Made by a program: the position numbers and the translations under genes
Notes under the pieces: model-generated
Databases searched by the model: none
What the model was told of the DNA's origin: nothing
What the model saw: the letters and a program-made list of their open reading frames with translations, nothing else
From: an uncultured bacterium
GTDB taxonomy: Bacteria > Omnitrophota > Omnitrophia > Omnitrophales > Aquincolibacteriaceae
Direction of reading: 5' to 3'
NCBI GenBank assembly: GCA_964420575.1
Contig: CAYQTU010000001.1
Span: forward strand, 44,194 to 91,185
Length of the DNA stretch: 46,992 nt
In this document: in pieces, positions 8,668 through 17,690 of the stretch
Position numbering within the stretch: position 1 is the stretch's first letter
How the letters are laid out: each line of letters opens with the position of its first letter

Positions 8668-9522
8668 ATGGAAAAACTGATCGAAAAAGCCAGCGTTCTG
8701 ATCGAAGCGCTCCCGTACATCCAGAAATTCCGCGGTAAAGAGATCCTGATCAAATACGGCGGTGCGGCGTTGACCTATCAAGAGGTCCGGGACATGGTGC
8801 TCCAGGACCTGGTCTTCATGAGCTATGTCGGGATCCGGCCGATCTTAATTCACGGCGGCGGAAAGTTCATCACCGAGAACATGAAGAAAAAAGGCATCCA
8901 GTCCCAATTCGTGAACGGCCTGCGCGTGACGGACAAAGAGTCGATCAGCGTTGTCAACGAAACGCTGGCCGAGCTCAACCGGAGCATTGTGCATGACATC
9001 GAACGGCTCGGAGGATCTGCTGTAGGGCTTTCCGGTTATGACGCTGAAATTTTAAATGTTGTGAAACATACGGAGAACGGGGATGTCGGTTATGTCGGCG
9101 ATGTTTCGTCCGTGAACACGGTCCCGCTCAAAGAATTGACGGAGTTCGGAAGGATCCCCGTGATCTTCCCGGTCGGGAAAGGCCCGGACGGAGAAATGTA
9201 TAATGTGAATGCCGACGAAGCGGCCGCGAATATCGCGGCGGCCATGGGGGCGCATAAGTTCATGGTGCTGACGAACGTGAAAGGTATTTTACGGGACGCG
9301 GCGAACGAAGAGACCCTGATCCCGTCACTTCATGTGAGCGAGACTCAGCAGTTGATCGATCAGAACATTATTTCCGGGGGGATGATCCCCAAAGTGAAAG
9401 CCTGCATCGATGCGCTTCAGGGCGGTGTCCAGAAAGCGCACATCATTGACGGCCGCATTACGCATGCCCTGTTGCTTGAAATTTTCACCGATCAAGGGAT
9501 CGGGACCGAGATCACGCTTTAA
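8668..9522 (+). CDS. argB: acetylglutamate kinase
   Basis: 284 aa. LIKYGGAA, HGGG, and NVNADEAAANIA are typical of the ArgB amino-acid kinase fold. Confidence 0.95.
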   Translation: MEKLIEKASVLIEALPYIQKFRGKEILIKYGGAALTYQEVRDMVLQDLVFMSYVGIRPILIHGGGKFITENMKKKGIQSQFVNGLRVTDKESISVVNETLAELNRSIVHDIERLGGSAVGLSGYDAEILNVVKHTENGDVGYVGDVSSVNTVPLKELTEFGRIPVIFPVGKGPDGEMYNVNADEAAANIAAAMGAHKFMVLTNVKGILRDAANEETLIPSLHVSETQQLIDQNIISGGMIPKVKACIDALQGGVQKAHIIDGRITHALLLEIFTDQGIGTEITL

Positions 9523-9557
9523 ACGGAATCACTTCCCGGGATTTTAGGAAAGACCTT

Positions 9558-10781
9558 ATGAAAACAGCGGATGTCCAACAACTTTATAAAGAATTCGTAT
9601 TGCCCACTTACACGCAGGTGCCCGTGTGCCTCGTAAAAGGAAAAGGCACGCGTGTCTGGGACCTGGAAGGTAAAGTGTATCTGGATTTTTTCCCGGGATG
9701 GGCGGTCTCCGGGCTCGGGCACTGCCATCCGGTCATTGTGAACGCCATTAAACACCAGGCCCGGAAGATGTTGCATGTAGCGAACAATTTTCTGAACGTT
9801 AAGCAAGCTGAACTGGCCCGGGAGATCTCACAAAATGCTTTCCCCGCGCGGGTGTTCTTCAGTAACTCGGGAGCCGAAGCCAACGAAGGTGCGATCAAAT
9901 TTGCCCGCAAATACGGCAGCGAGACCGGACGCTATGAGATCATTACCATGAAAAAGTCATTCCACGGCCGGACGCTTGCGACCATGACCGCGACCGGACA
10001 GGAAAAATTCCATCAGGGCTTTGAGCCGCTTGTTGAGAAATTTCAATATGCGGAATTCAATGATCTGGAATCCGTAAAAAAACTTATCACGCCAAAAACG
10101 ATCGCGATCATGTTCGAGCCCGTGCAGGGCGAAGGCGGGATCCGGGTGGCCACGCAGGAATTCATGCACGGGATCCGGAAACTTTGTGATGAAAAAGACA
10201 TGCTGATGATCCTGGACGAGGTGCAGACCGGGATGGGGCGGACGGGCAAGATGTTCGCGTTCGAACACTATGAAGTAGAACCGGACCTCATGACCCTTGC
10301 CAAATCCTTGGGCGGCGGCGTACCGATCGGCGCGCTTGTCGTGAGCCGGAGGATCAAGCGGGAGGTTTTTGCTCCGGGGATGCATGCTTCGACTTTCGGT
10401 GGGAACCCGCTCGTGTGTGCGGCGGGACTGGCCGTGTTCAAAGCGATCCGGAAAGGAAGGCTTCTGACGCATACGGTCCGGATGGGCGAACTTCTGGTGC
10501 AGGAATTTTTAAAGCTCAAAAAGAAATACCCGGTGATCGAAGAGATCCGGGGGCTCGGTCTGATGCGGGCGCTTAAACTCAGCGTTCTTGCCGCGCCTTA
10601 CGCCGACGAAGCGCGGGCCCAGGGCCTTTTGATCAATGCGACTCAGGGAGATGTTCTCCGGATCATGCCGCCCATGACGGTCACGCCCAAAGAGATCCGG
10701 CAGGGGATGAAGATCCTGGATAAAGTCTTTCAGACGGCGCAGCAAAAACCAAGTGAAGGTGCCTCATGTTCAAATCATTGA
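9558..10781 (+). CDS. argD: acetylornithine aminotransferase (class III PLP aminotransferase)
   Basis: 407 aa. SGAEANEGAIKFARKY, DEVQTGMGRTGK, and the PLP-lysine region LAKSLGGG. Confidence 0.9.
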   Translation: MKTADVQQLYKEFVLPTYTQVPVCLVKGKGTRVWDLEGKVYLDFFPGWAVSGLGHCHPVIVNAIKHQARKMLHVANNFLNVKQAELAREISQNAFPARVFFSNSGAEANEGAIKFARKYGSETGRYEIITMKKSFHGRTLATMTATGQEKFHQGFEPLVEKFQYAEFNDLESVKKLITPKTIAIMFEPVQGEGGIRVATQEFMHGIRKLCDEKDMLMILDEVQTGMGRTGKMFAFEHYEVEPDLMTLAKSLGGGVPIGALVVSRRIKREVFAPGMHASTFGGNPLVCAAGLAVFKAIRKGRLLTHTVRMGELLVQEFLKLKKKYPVIEEIRGLGLMRALKLSVLAAPYADEARAQGLLINATQGDVLRIMPPMTVTPKEIRQGMKILDKVFQTAQQKPSEGASCSNH

Positions 10782-11695
10782 TCTCGATCAACGACATCAG
10801 TCCGGACGAGATCCGGAAACTTTTAGCGCTTGCGGCGGATGTCAAAAAACGGCCTCAGGATTTTCGCAATATCCTCGAAGGCCGGATGTTCGGTTTTATT
10901 TTTGAAAAACCCTCGACCCGGACCTGGGTGTCGTTCCAGGCCGGTATTTTCGCGATGGGCGGCGGTGTGATCTATCTCGGACCCGAAGATATCAAGCTCG
11001 GCGTGCGGGAAGAAGTCCGGGACGTGGCGCGTGTCCTGAACCGCTATCTGTCCGGTGTGGTCATGCGGACGTTCTCGCATTGGACGATCACTGAATTTCA
11101 GGATTATTTTGAAAAGCCCGTAATCAACGGTTTAAGCGACAAGGAACATCCGTGCCAGGCGCTCGCGGACTACATGACGCTTTATGAAAAAATCCCGGCC
11201 GAAAAGGACCCTGTGCTTGCGTTCGTGGGCGACGGCAACAATGTTCTCAATTCGCTTTTGCTCGTGGCCGCGAAGCTCGGCGCGAAGATCCGGTACGCGA
11301 CCCCTAAAAAATATCAGCCGGACCCAAAGATCCTGAAGACCGCCAAAGAAATTGCCAAGAGAACGAATGCGTCCATCGAAGGGTTCCTCGATCCCGCGGA
11401 AGCCGTAAAAGATGCAGATGCGATCTATACGGACGTTTGGGTCAGTATGGGCGAAGAGGCGATGCGGAAAAAGAAACTCAAGGATTTTCAGGGGATGCAG
11501 GTCAATAGAGAACTGGTCCAAAAGGCCAAGAAAGGTGCGTTCATCATGCATTGCCTGCCCGCGCACCGGGGCGAAGAGATCACCGATGGCGTGATCGAAA
11601 GTAAAAATTCGATCGTCTTCGACGAAGCCGAGAACCGGCTTCATGTTCAAAAGGCGATCCTGCTTCATCTTGTGAACGAAGGAGCGATCCGATGA
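10766..11695 (+). CDS. argF: ornithine carbamoyltransferase
   Basis: 309 aa. STRT carbamoyl-phosphate motif (EKPSTRTW), DKEHPCQALAD, and HCLPAHRGEE. It overlaps the argD end by 16 nt. Confidence 0.9.
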   Translation: MFKSLISINDISPDEIRKLLALAADVKKRPQDFRNILEGRMFGFIFEKPSTRTWVSFQAGIFAMGGGVIYLGPEDIKLGVREEVRDVARVLNRYLSGVVMRTFSHWTITEFQDYFEKPVINGLSDKEHPCQALADYMTLYEKIPAEKDPVLAFVGDGNNVLNSLLLVAAKLGAKIRYATPKKYQPDPKILKTAKEIAKRTNASIEGFLDPAEAVKDADAIYTDVWVSMGEEAMRKKKLKDFQGMQVNRELVQKAKKGAFIMHCLPAHRGEEITDGVIESKNSIVFDEAENRLHVQKAILLHLVNEGAIR

Positions 11696-12879
11696 AAAAA
11701 GTTGTCTTAGCCTATTCCGGCGGTCTGGATACTTCCTGTGCGGTGAAATGGCTGCGGGAACGTTACAATCTAGAGGTGGTCTGTTTTTCCGCTTTTTTGG
11801 GTGAGGAAAAAAATAAAAGCCTTCTCGTGAAACGGGCGAAGGCCGGCGGTGCGATCCGGACCTATATTGAAGATCTTAAAGAAGAGTTCGCGAAGGATTT
11901 TATCCTGCCCGCGCTTTGGGCCCACGCACGTTATGAAGGGAAGTATCCTCTAGCGACCGCGCTCGGCCGTCCGCTAATCGCAAAACATCTGGTGAAGATC
12001 GCACAAAAAGAAGGCGCGGATTATGTGGCGCACGGTTGCACCGGAAAAGGCAACGACCAGGTCCGGCTTGAAGTCGGTGTCCGGACGCTCGATCCGAAAC
12101 TCAAGATCATCGCGCCTCTGAGGGAATGGGAGTTCAAAACGCGCGAAGAAGAGATCGAATACGCCAAGGCCGAAGGTATTCCCATCGCTGTGACCAAGGC
12201 CAGCCCTTATTCCATCGATAAGAACATCTGGGGGATCGCGATCGAAGCGGGGATCCTGGAAGACCCGATGAAGGAACCGCCCGAGGACGCGTATGTGATG
12301 ACGCGGGCCTGTGACCAAACGCCTTCGAAACCGAAATATGCTGTGATCGAGTTTGATCAGGGCGTTCCCGTGAAACTGAACGGTGTGAAAAAATCCCTCG
12401 TGGACATGATCGAATCCCTGAACGTGCTTGCGGGCACTTACGGGATCGGGCGTTTTGACATGATCGAGAACCGTCTGGTCGGGATCAAAAGCCGGGAGGT
12501 TTACGAGGCCCCGGCCGCCGAGGTCCTGCTCAAAGCCCATGAAGAGCTTGAAGGGTTCGTGATGGACCGGGAATTCCTTCATTACAAGAGGGTCCTTTCC
12601 GAAAAATACGCGGAACTCGTTTATTTCGGGCTTTGGTTCACACCGCTGAAAGAAGCCCTCGATGCGTTCTTCAGCGCGCACCAAAAACGTGTGACCGGGA
12701 AGGTCCGGATGAAATTTCACAAAGGCCACGCGGTGTGCGTGGGCCGGGAATCGAAATATGCACTTTATAAAGAAAAGCTCGCAACCTATTCCAAAGGCGA
12801 CATCTTTGACCGGACAGCCGCGACCGGCTTCATGAAGATCTGGGGCCTGCCGTACGAAGGCATGTTCAAAAGGAAGTAG
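11692..12879 (+). CDS. argG: argininosuccinate synthase
   Basis: 395 aa. ATP-binding AYSGGLDTS and HGCTGKGNDQVR. Its start forms an ATGA overlap with the argF stop. Confidence 0.95.
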   Translation: MKKVVLAYSGGLDTSCAVKWLRERYNLEVVCFSAFLGEEKNKSLLVKRAKAGGAIRTYIEDLKEEFAKDFILPALWAHARYEGKYPLATALGRPLIAKHLVKIAQKEGADYVAHGCTGKGNDQVRLEVGVRTLDPKLKIIAPLREWEFKTREEEIEYAKAEGIPIAVTKASPYSIDKNIWGIAIEAGILEDPMKEPPEDAYVMTRACDQTPSKPKYAVIEFDQGVPVKLNGVKKSLVDMIESLNVLAGTYGIGRFDMIENRLVGIKSREVYEAPAAEVLLKAHEELEGFVMDREFLHYKRVLSEKYAELVYFGLWFTPLKEALDAFFSAHQKRVTGKVRMKFHKGHAVCVGRESKYALYKEKLATYSKGDIFDRTAATGFMKIWGLPYEGMFKRK

Positions 12880-12898
12880 ACCCGAGAAGGGGGAACGT

Positions 12899-14281
12899 AT
12901 GACCAAAAAATTATGGGGCGGAAGGTTCAAAAAAGGCATGCATCCGGTCTTGCAGTGTTTCAGTTATTCGCTTTCGACCGATAAAGAACTGTTCGCTGCG
13001 GAACTTCTCGTGGATGAAGCCTATGCCAAGATGCTGGCCAAGGTCGGGATCCTGAAAGCCGAAGAGGCGAAGACCATTGTGCGCGGCCTCAAGGCGATCG
13101 CAAAAAACTTCACGGCAAAAGACCTCGACGCTTATCTTGACCGCTACGAGGACGTGCATACCTTGATACAGATGGAACTTGAAAAGAAAGCAGGCGCGGT
13201 CGCCGAGAAGATCCATACCGGCCGGAGCCGGAACGATCTCGTGGTCACCTCCACGCGGATTTATTTAAGAGAAAAGGTCCGGAAGATCCTAGAAGGACTC
13301 CGGGACCTCCAGCGTGCGATCGTGAACGCTGCGGAAAAGACCGGGGAACTGATGATCCCCGGACTGACCCATTTAAGAAAAGCCCAGCCCATTTTGCTCG
13401 CGCATCATTTGCTGGCGTACGTGGAAATGCTCGAAGAGGATAAGGCACGGCTTAGGGACGGGATCCAGCGGATCAACGTGATGCCGCTCGGGTCTGCCGC
13501 GCTCGCGGGTTCTGCGCTTCCGCTCGACCAGAAATTTCTCGCGCGAGAGCTCGGATTTGACGCGATCGCGCGGAACAGTCTTGCCGCAGTCAGCGATCGG
13601 GCGTTCCTCGCGGAATTTTTAAGTGCGCTTTCGATCTTGTGGATGCACCTTTCGCGTCTTGCGGAAGATTTTATTCTGTGGAATTCCGAGGCCTTCGGGT
13701 ATGTCGAACTCGACGACGAGTTCGCGACCGGTTCCAGCCTCATGCCCCAGAAAAAGAACCCCGATGTTTTCGAGCTGGTGCGGGGACGGGCCGGCGTGAT
13801 CTTTGGGGCTCTTCAGGCCCTTTTGACCGTTCAGAAAGGCCTGCCGCTTTCTTACAACCGCGATCTCCAGGAAGATAAACCCGGCGTTTTTGACGCCGTC
13901 CATAAAACATTAAACGCTCTTGAAGTGCTCGTCCTGACGATCGGTTCGGTCTCCTGGCACAAAAAAGCCATGGCCCGGGCGCTCGAAGATGACAGCCTTT
14001 TCGCGACCGACATCCTTGAATATCTGGTCCGCAAAAAGGTCCCGTTCGCCCAGGCCCACGCGATTGTCGGCAGGATCGTGCGTTATGCCGCGGAATCCGA
14101 GAAAAAAATGCGGGAGCTCAGGCCAGAGGACTGGAAACGGTTCTCTCCGAAATTCGGCGCGGATATTTACGACCTTTTTGACCCCAAGGACTCGGTCCGG
14201 GGCAAAAAGACCGTCGGCAGCACCCACCCCCAGCGGGTGAAAAAAGAACTCTCCGATTGGAGAAAGAAATTGAGGAAATGA
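12899..14281 (+). CDS. argH: argininosuccinate lyase
   Basis: 460 aa. N-terminal LWGGRF and the fumarate-lyase signature GSSLMPQKKNPD. Confidence 0.95.
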   Translation: MTKKLWGGRFKKGMHPVLQCFSYSLSTDKELFAAELLVDEAYAKMLAKVGILKAEEAKTIVRGLKAIAKNFTAKDLDAYLDRYEDVHTLIQMELEKKAGAVAEKIHTGRSRNDLVVTSTRIYLREKVRKILEGLRDLQRAIVNAAEKTGELMIPGLTHLRKAQPILLAHHLLAYVEMLEEDKARLRDGIQRINVMPLGSAALAGSALPLDQKFLARELGFDAIARNSLAAVSDRAFLAEFLSALSILWMHLSRLAEDFILWNSEAFGYVELDDEFATGSSLMPQKKNPDVFELVRGRAGVIFGALQALLTVQKGLPLSYNRDLQEDKPGVFDAVHKTLNALEVLVLTIGSVSWHKKAMARALEDDSLFATDILEYLVRKKVPFAQAHAIVGRIVRYAAESEKKMRELRPEDWKRFSPKFGADIYDLFDPKDSVRGKKTVGSTHPQRVKKELSDWRKKLRK

Positions 14282-15573
14282 CCATGCCAGCCCCCGAAGT
14301 CCAAGAATCCAAGAACCACGAATTCTATTACAAGAAAAACGAGCTTTATTGCGAGAACGTGCCCGTTCGCAAGATCATCAAAAAGCTCGGCACGCCGACC
14401 TATATTTACAGCTACAAAACCTTCACCGAGCATCTTGCGAAACTCCAGCGCGCGTTCCGGTCCGCAAAACCGCTCATCTGTTATTCGGTAAAAGCCAACT
14501 CGAACCTTGCGGTCCTGCGGGCACTGGTAAAAAAAGGCGCGGGCTTGGATATCGTTTCGGGCGGCGAACTCTACCGCGCGAAAAAAGCGAAATGTCAGGG
14601 CCGGAAGATCGTCTATGCCGGGGTCGGGAAGACCGAGGCTGAGATCCGCGAGGCCATTCGCTCGAGGATCCTGCTTTTTAACGTGGAATCCATCCCGGAA
14701 CTTGAACAGATTAACGCGATCGCCAAAAAAATGCGCAAAAAAGTGAACGTCTCGCTTCGCGTGAACCCGAACGTAGACCCGCACACGCACGACTTCATCA
14801 CGACCGGCAAGGCCGAGAACAAGTTCGGGATCGATTTCGAGAAGGCGCGCGAGATCTTCCTCAGCGCGAAAGACTCCAAACGGTTCAGCCATGCGCAGGT
14901 CTCGGGGATCCATGTCCATATCGGTTCCCAGATCGAGACCGGTGACCCGTTCGTGGAAGCGTTCCAGAAGATCCTCGGGTTCATCGACGAACTGGAAGCC
15001 GAAGGGATCAAGATCAAGTTCCTGAACTTAGGCGGGGGATTGGGCGCGATCTATAGCGACGAGAACCCCCAGACCGCGGAAGAGTTCGCCCGGAAGGTCC
15101 TGCCGCTCTTTAAGAAGCGCAAGTTCCAGATCATTTTTGAACCCGGCCGTTTTATCGCGGCCAATAGCGGCATCCTGGTCATGAAAGTGATCTATGTGAA
15201 ACAGACGAACGTCAAAAGTTTCGCCATTGTGGACGCGGGCATGAACGATTTCATCCGTCCGGCCTTCTACAACGCGTACCATCATTTCTGGCCGGTCACG
15301 AAAAAAGACGATGCCAAACGATGGGTCTACGATATTGTGGGCCCGATCTGTGAAAGCGGGGATTTCTTTGCGAAGGACCGCGAACTCCAGGATGTCCGTT
15401 CCGGAGACCTCTTGGCGCTCATGACCGCCGGGGCTTACGGGTTCACCATGAGTTCGAATTACAATTCCCGTCCGCGGGCCTGTGAGGTCATGGTCAAAGG
15501 TGCGTCCTTCAAGGTCGTCCGTAAACGCGAGACTTATCAGGACCTGGTCCGGGGCGAAAAAGCTTCCGCTTAA
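14278..15573 (+). CDS. lysA: diaminopimelate decarboxylase
   Basis: YSVKAN (PLP lysine), GGGLG, EPGRF, and CESGD. The ORF track starts at TTG 14257. ATG 14278 is preferred because it forms an ATGA overlap with the argH stop. ATG 14284 is also possible. Confidence 0.9.
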   Translation: MTMPAPEVQESKNHEFYYKKNELYCENVPVRKIIKKLGTPTYIYSYKTFTEHLAKLQRAFRSAKPLICYSVKANSNLAVLRALVKKGAGLDIVSGGELYRAKKAKCQGRKIVYAGVGKTEAEIREAIRSRILLFNVESIPELEQINAIAKKMRKKVNVSLRVNPNVDPHTHDFITTGKAENKFGIDFEKAREIFLSAKDSKRFSHAQVSGIHVHIGSQIETGDPFVEAFQKILGFIDELEAEGIKIKFLNLGGGLGAIYSDENPQTAEEFARKVLPLFKKRKFQIIFEPGRFIAANSGILVMKVIYVKQTNVKSFAIVDAGMNDFIRPAFYNAYHHFWPVTKKDDAKRWVYDIVGPICESGDFFAKDRELQDVRSGDLLALMTAGAYGFTMSSNYNSRPRACEVMVKGASFKVVRKRETYQDLVRGEKASA

Positions 15574-15604
15574 ACATTTCCCGGCCCCGGAAGAAAGGGC
15601 GAAT

Positions 15605-15961
15605 ATGTTCTGTCCGAGATGCAAGACCGAATACCGCGAAGGCTTTGCCGCATGCGCGGACTGCAACCTGCCCTTGGTCGCAAAACTTCCCGAAGAAATC
15701 CCGATCGATCACACCCCCGAAAAATGGATCAAGGTCGCGGTCTTCGATAATCTGAGTCAGGCCCAGACCTCGCGTTCGATCCTGGAGGGGCAGGGTATCG
15801 CCTGCATGATGCAGGATGAGAACGCCGTGGGGCTTGTGCCGATCTTCACCTATGTCCTGGGCGGCATCAAATTGTTCGTTGCCGAAAAAGACGAAGCAGA
15901 GGCCCGGGAGATCCTTGCGGGCATGAAGTGGGGCCATCTGAGAAACAAAAAAGGCCTTTAA
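15605..15961 (+). CDS. zinc-ribbon plus DUF2007-like (putative signal-transducing) small protein
   Basis: 118 aa from ATG 15605. The listed ORF 15482 would overlap lysA. CPRC...CADC zinc ribbon, then VAVFDNLSQAQTSRSILEGQGIACMMQDE...LFVAEKDEAEAREIL, which resembles DUF2007. Confidence 0.6.
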   Translation: MFCPRCKTEYREGFAACADCNLPLVAKLPEEIPIDHTPEKWIKVAVFDNLSQAQTSRSILEGQGIACMMQDENAVGLVPIFTYVLGGIKLFVAEKDEAEAREILAGMKWGHLRNKKGL

Positions 15962-15964
15962 CTT

Positions 15965-16486
15965 TCAGGGATGGAAGCCGATCCAGCGTTTGGGTCTTTT
16001 TTCAGCTGTGAAAGACCGGGTGACGGTCCGGTAAAGTTTTTGGATCTTTTGGTCCTGCTGCTCAACGGCCCTGTCGATCCTTTCAAGACGCAAAGCAAGT
16101 TCCCGGTGGGTCATGATCATTTCCCGAAGCTTTAAAAAAACACGCATGATCGCGATATTCACTTGAACGGCCTTCCCGCTTTTGAGAACGCTGGAAAGCA
16201 TTAAAATACCGTGTTCGGTAAAAGCGAAAGGGGAATAGCGCAGCCCCATTTTATCGTTTAAATTGGAGGTGCCAAATTGGCGCCTCCAATGTTCGGTTTC
16301 CTCGGCGTTAAGTTCGAACATAAAATCTTCTGGGAATCGTTCAAGATTCCTGCGGACCTGCCGTTTAAGATGTTTTGTGCTAACACCATAAAGCGAGGCA
16401 AGATCCCTGTCGAGCATGACTTTTTTGCCCCGGATCAAGTAAATCCCGGACGCGATTGCATTGGAGTTGATCCTTAATTTTTTCAC
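15965..16486 (-). CDS. ORF6N-domain DNA-binding protein (KilA-N/Bro-N related, phage antirepressor-like)
   Basis: 173 aa. IYLIRGKKVMLDRDLASLYGVSTKHLKRQVRRNLERFPEDFMFEL matches the ORF6N consensus pattern. The C-terminal part is coiled coil. GTG start. Confidence 0.75.
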   Translation of the reverse strand: MKKLRINSNAIASGIYLIRGKKVMLDRDLASLYGVSTKHLKRQVRRNLERFPEDFMFELNAEETEHWRRQFGTSNLNDKMGLRYSPFAFTEHGILMLSSVLKSGKAVQVNIAIMRVFLKLREMIMTHRELALRLERIDRAVEQQDQKIQKLYRTVTRSFTAEKRPKRWIGFHP

Positions 16487-16594
16487 GAGGGAAGAGTATC
16501 ATAGAATTTATTTTAATACAATTTAAATATAATTTAAAATAAACTAAAAAAATAGGGGCACCAAGCTCGGCCGGAAAAGGTCCCGGAAGGATTT

Positions 16595-16623
16595 TTGTTA
16601 AGGAAAAAAAGGTTTCGTATTAA
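16595..16623 (+). promoter_or_regulatory. possible promoter for the CxxC-x17-CxxC gene
   Basis: TTGTTA (16595-16600), a 17-nt spacer, then TATTAA (16618-16623), inside an AT-rich divergent intergenic region. Confidence 0.3.
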
Positions 16624-16690
16624 AATCTTAAATGATCCGCGAAGAGCGGGAACGGATCTTTAATGACACGACGAAGGAGCAAAGCCTGAT

Positions 16691-17200
16691 ATGAAAAAAC
16701 GTAAGACCGGAAAATCATCCTCAAAAGACGAATCGCTGGCCCTGGTGACGGCCATGACCAAACTGGTGGAGCGCCTTGAAGTCCTCGAAAAAAAGACCGA
16801 TAGCTTGACCGGGCGCGTGGGCTCTCTTCCCCACGAGATCAAGCAATTCCTCGCGAACCTGCATGCGCCTCAAAAACCTTCGCCGTCTCCGGCCGGGATC
16901 TCTCCGCACGGAACGCTGAGAGAAAAGATCCTCTACCAGGCCGTTTGCGCGGACTGCCATAAAGAATGCAAAGTGCCGTTCCGCCCCAAAGAAGGCCGTG
17001 AGGTCTATTGTCCCGAGTGCTGGGCCATCCGCAAAGCGGGCCATGTGCCGCGCGACCCGACCGAGCGCATAAAACCGCTGCATCCGCCCAAAAAGATCAT
17101 TCCGGCCTCTGAACAGCTCGCGAAGGCCGCGCTATCCGTACGCAAACCGGGAAAGGCGAAGAAAAAACCTTCCAAGCCTTCAAAAAAGAAGAAAAAATAA
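16691..17200 (+). CDS. CxxC-x17-CxxC domain protein with lysine-rich tail
   Basis: 169 aa. In CADC-HKECKVPFRPKEGREVY-CPEC the two CxxC pairs are separated by exactly 17 residues. The N-terminus is coiled coil and the C-terminus is KPGKAKKKPSKPSKKKKK. GAAGGAG RBS upstream. Confidence 0.6.
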   Translation: MKKRKTGKSSSKDESLALVTAMTKLVERLEVLEKKTDSLTGRVGSLPHEIKQFLANLHAPQKPSPSPAGISPHGTLREKILYQAVCADCHKECKVPFRPKEGREVYCPECWAIRKAGHVPRDPTERIKPLHPPKKIIPASEQLAKAALSVRKPGKAKKKPSKPSKKKKK

Positions 17201-17250
17201 TCATTCTCTGAGAAGAAACAATTGTCGCCATTAAAACGGAGGAGATTGAT

Positions 17251-17658
17251 ATGAATAAAAAGATCATCCTGTCATCGGTCCTGGTTTTTGTGCTGTTCCT
17301 GATCATGGACCATGTGCTTCACAATGTTTTGCTCGCGGGACTTTACGCGGAAACGGCATCTCTTTGGCGCGGGCCCGGGGAAATGCGCGGCCTGCTTTGG
17401 ATCATTATTGCCGTGGATCTGGCTCTTGCGGTCCTTGTGACCTGGCTTTTTGCCAAAGGGTGGGAAACGGGAAAGAGTTGGGCCGGGCAGGGGCTGAGAT
17501 TTGGGCTGGTGCTGGGGCTTCTTTTTTCGCTGCCCATGGGATTTTCGATGTACGCGATCATGCCTATTCCGTTCAGCCTCGGGTTGGGCTGGTTTCTCGG
17601 GGCTTTGACGGAATTTGTGATCGTCGGCCTCACGCTCGCTTTCCTTTTCAGGAAATGA
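17251..17658 (+). CDS. small integral membrane protein (about 4 TM helices), unknown function
   Basis: 135 aa with four hydrophobic segments. GGAGA RBS upstream. No family recognised. Confidence 0.5.
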   Translation: MNKKIILSSVLVFVLFLIMDHVLHNVLLAGLYAETASLWRGPGEMRGLLWIIIAVDLALAVLVTWLFAKGWETGKSWAGQGLRFGLVLGLLFSLPMGFSMYAIMPIPFSLGLGWFLGALTEFVIVGLTLAFLFRK

Positions 17659-17690
17659 GTTTTAAGAGAAAGAGCTGAGCAGGCATTTTT

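Noticed and set aside
11974-12939. 321-aa ORF on the minus strand opposite argG/argH. Similar cases lie at 6847-7530, 7568-8293, 14167-14919, 15028-15666, 20974-21567, 22674-23336, 23513-24235, 27058-27771, 28842-29573 and 39471-40160.
   Set aside because: They lie antisense to genes with unambiguous enzyme motifs. Their translations are Arg/His/Phe/Pro-rich with no recognisable domains. They are best explained as shadow frames, because sense codons that read as stops on the antisense strand (TTA, CTA, TCA) are rare here.
15482-15604. An upstream extension of the zinc-ribbon/DUF2007 ORF.
   Set aside because: It overlaps the lysA 3' end. The conserved CPRC zinc ribbon begins right after ATG 15605.
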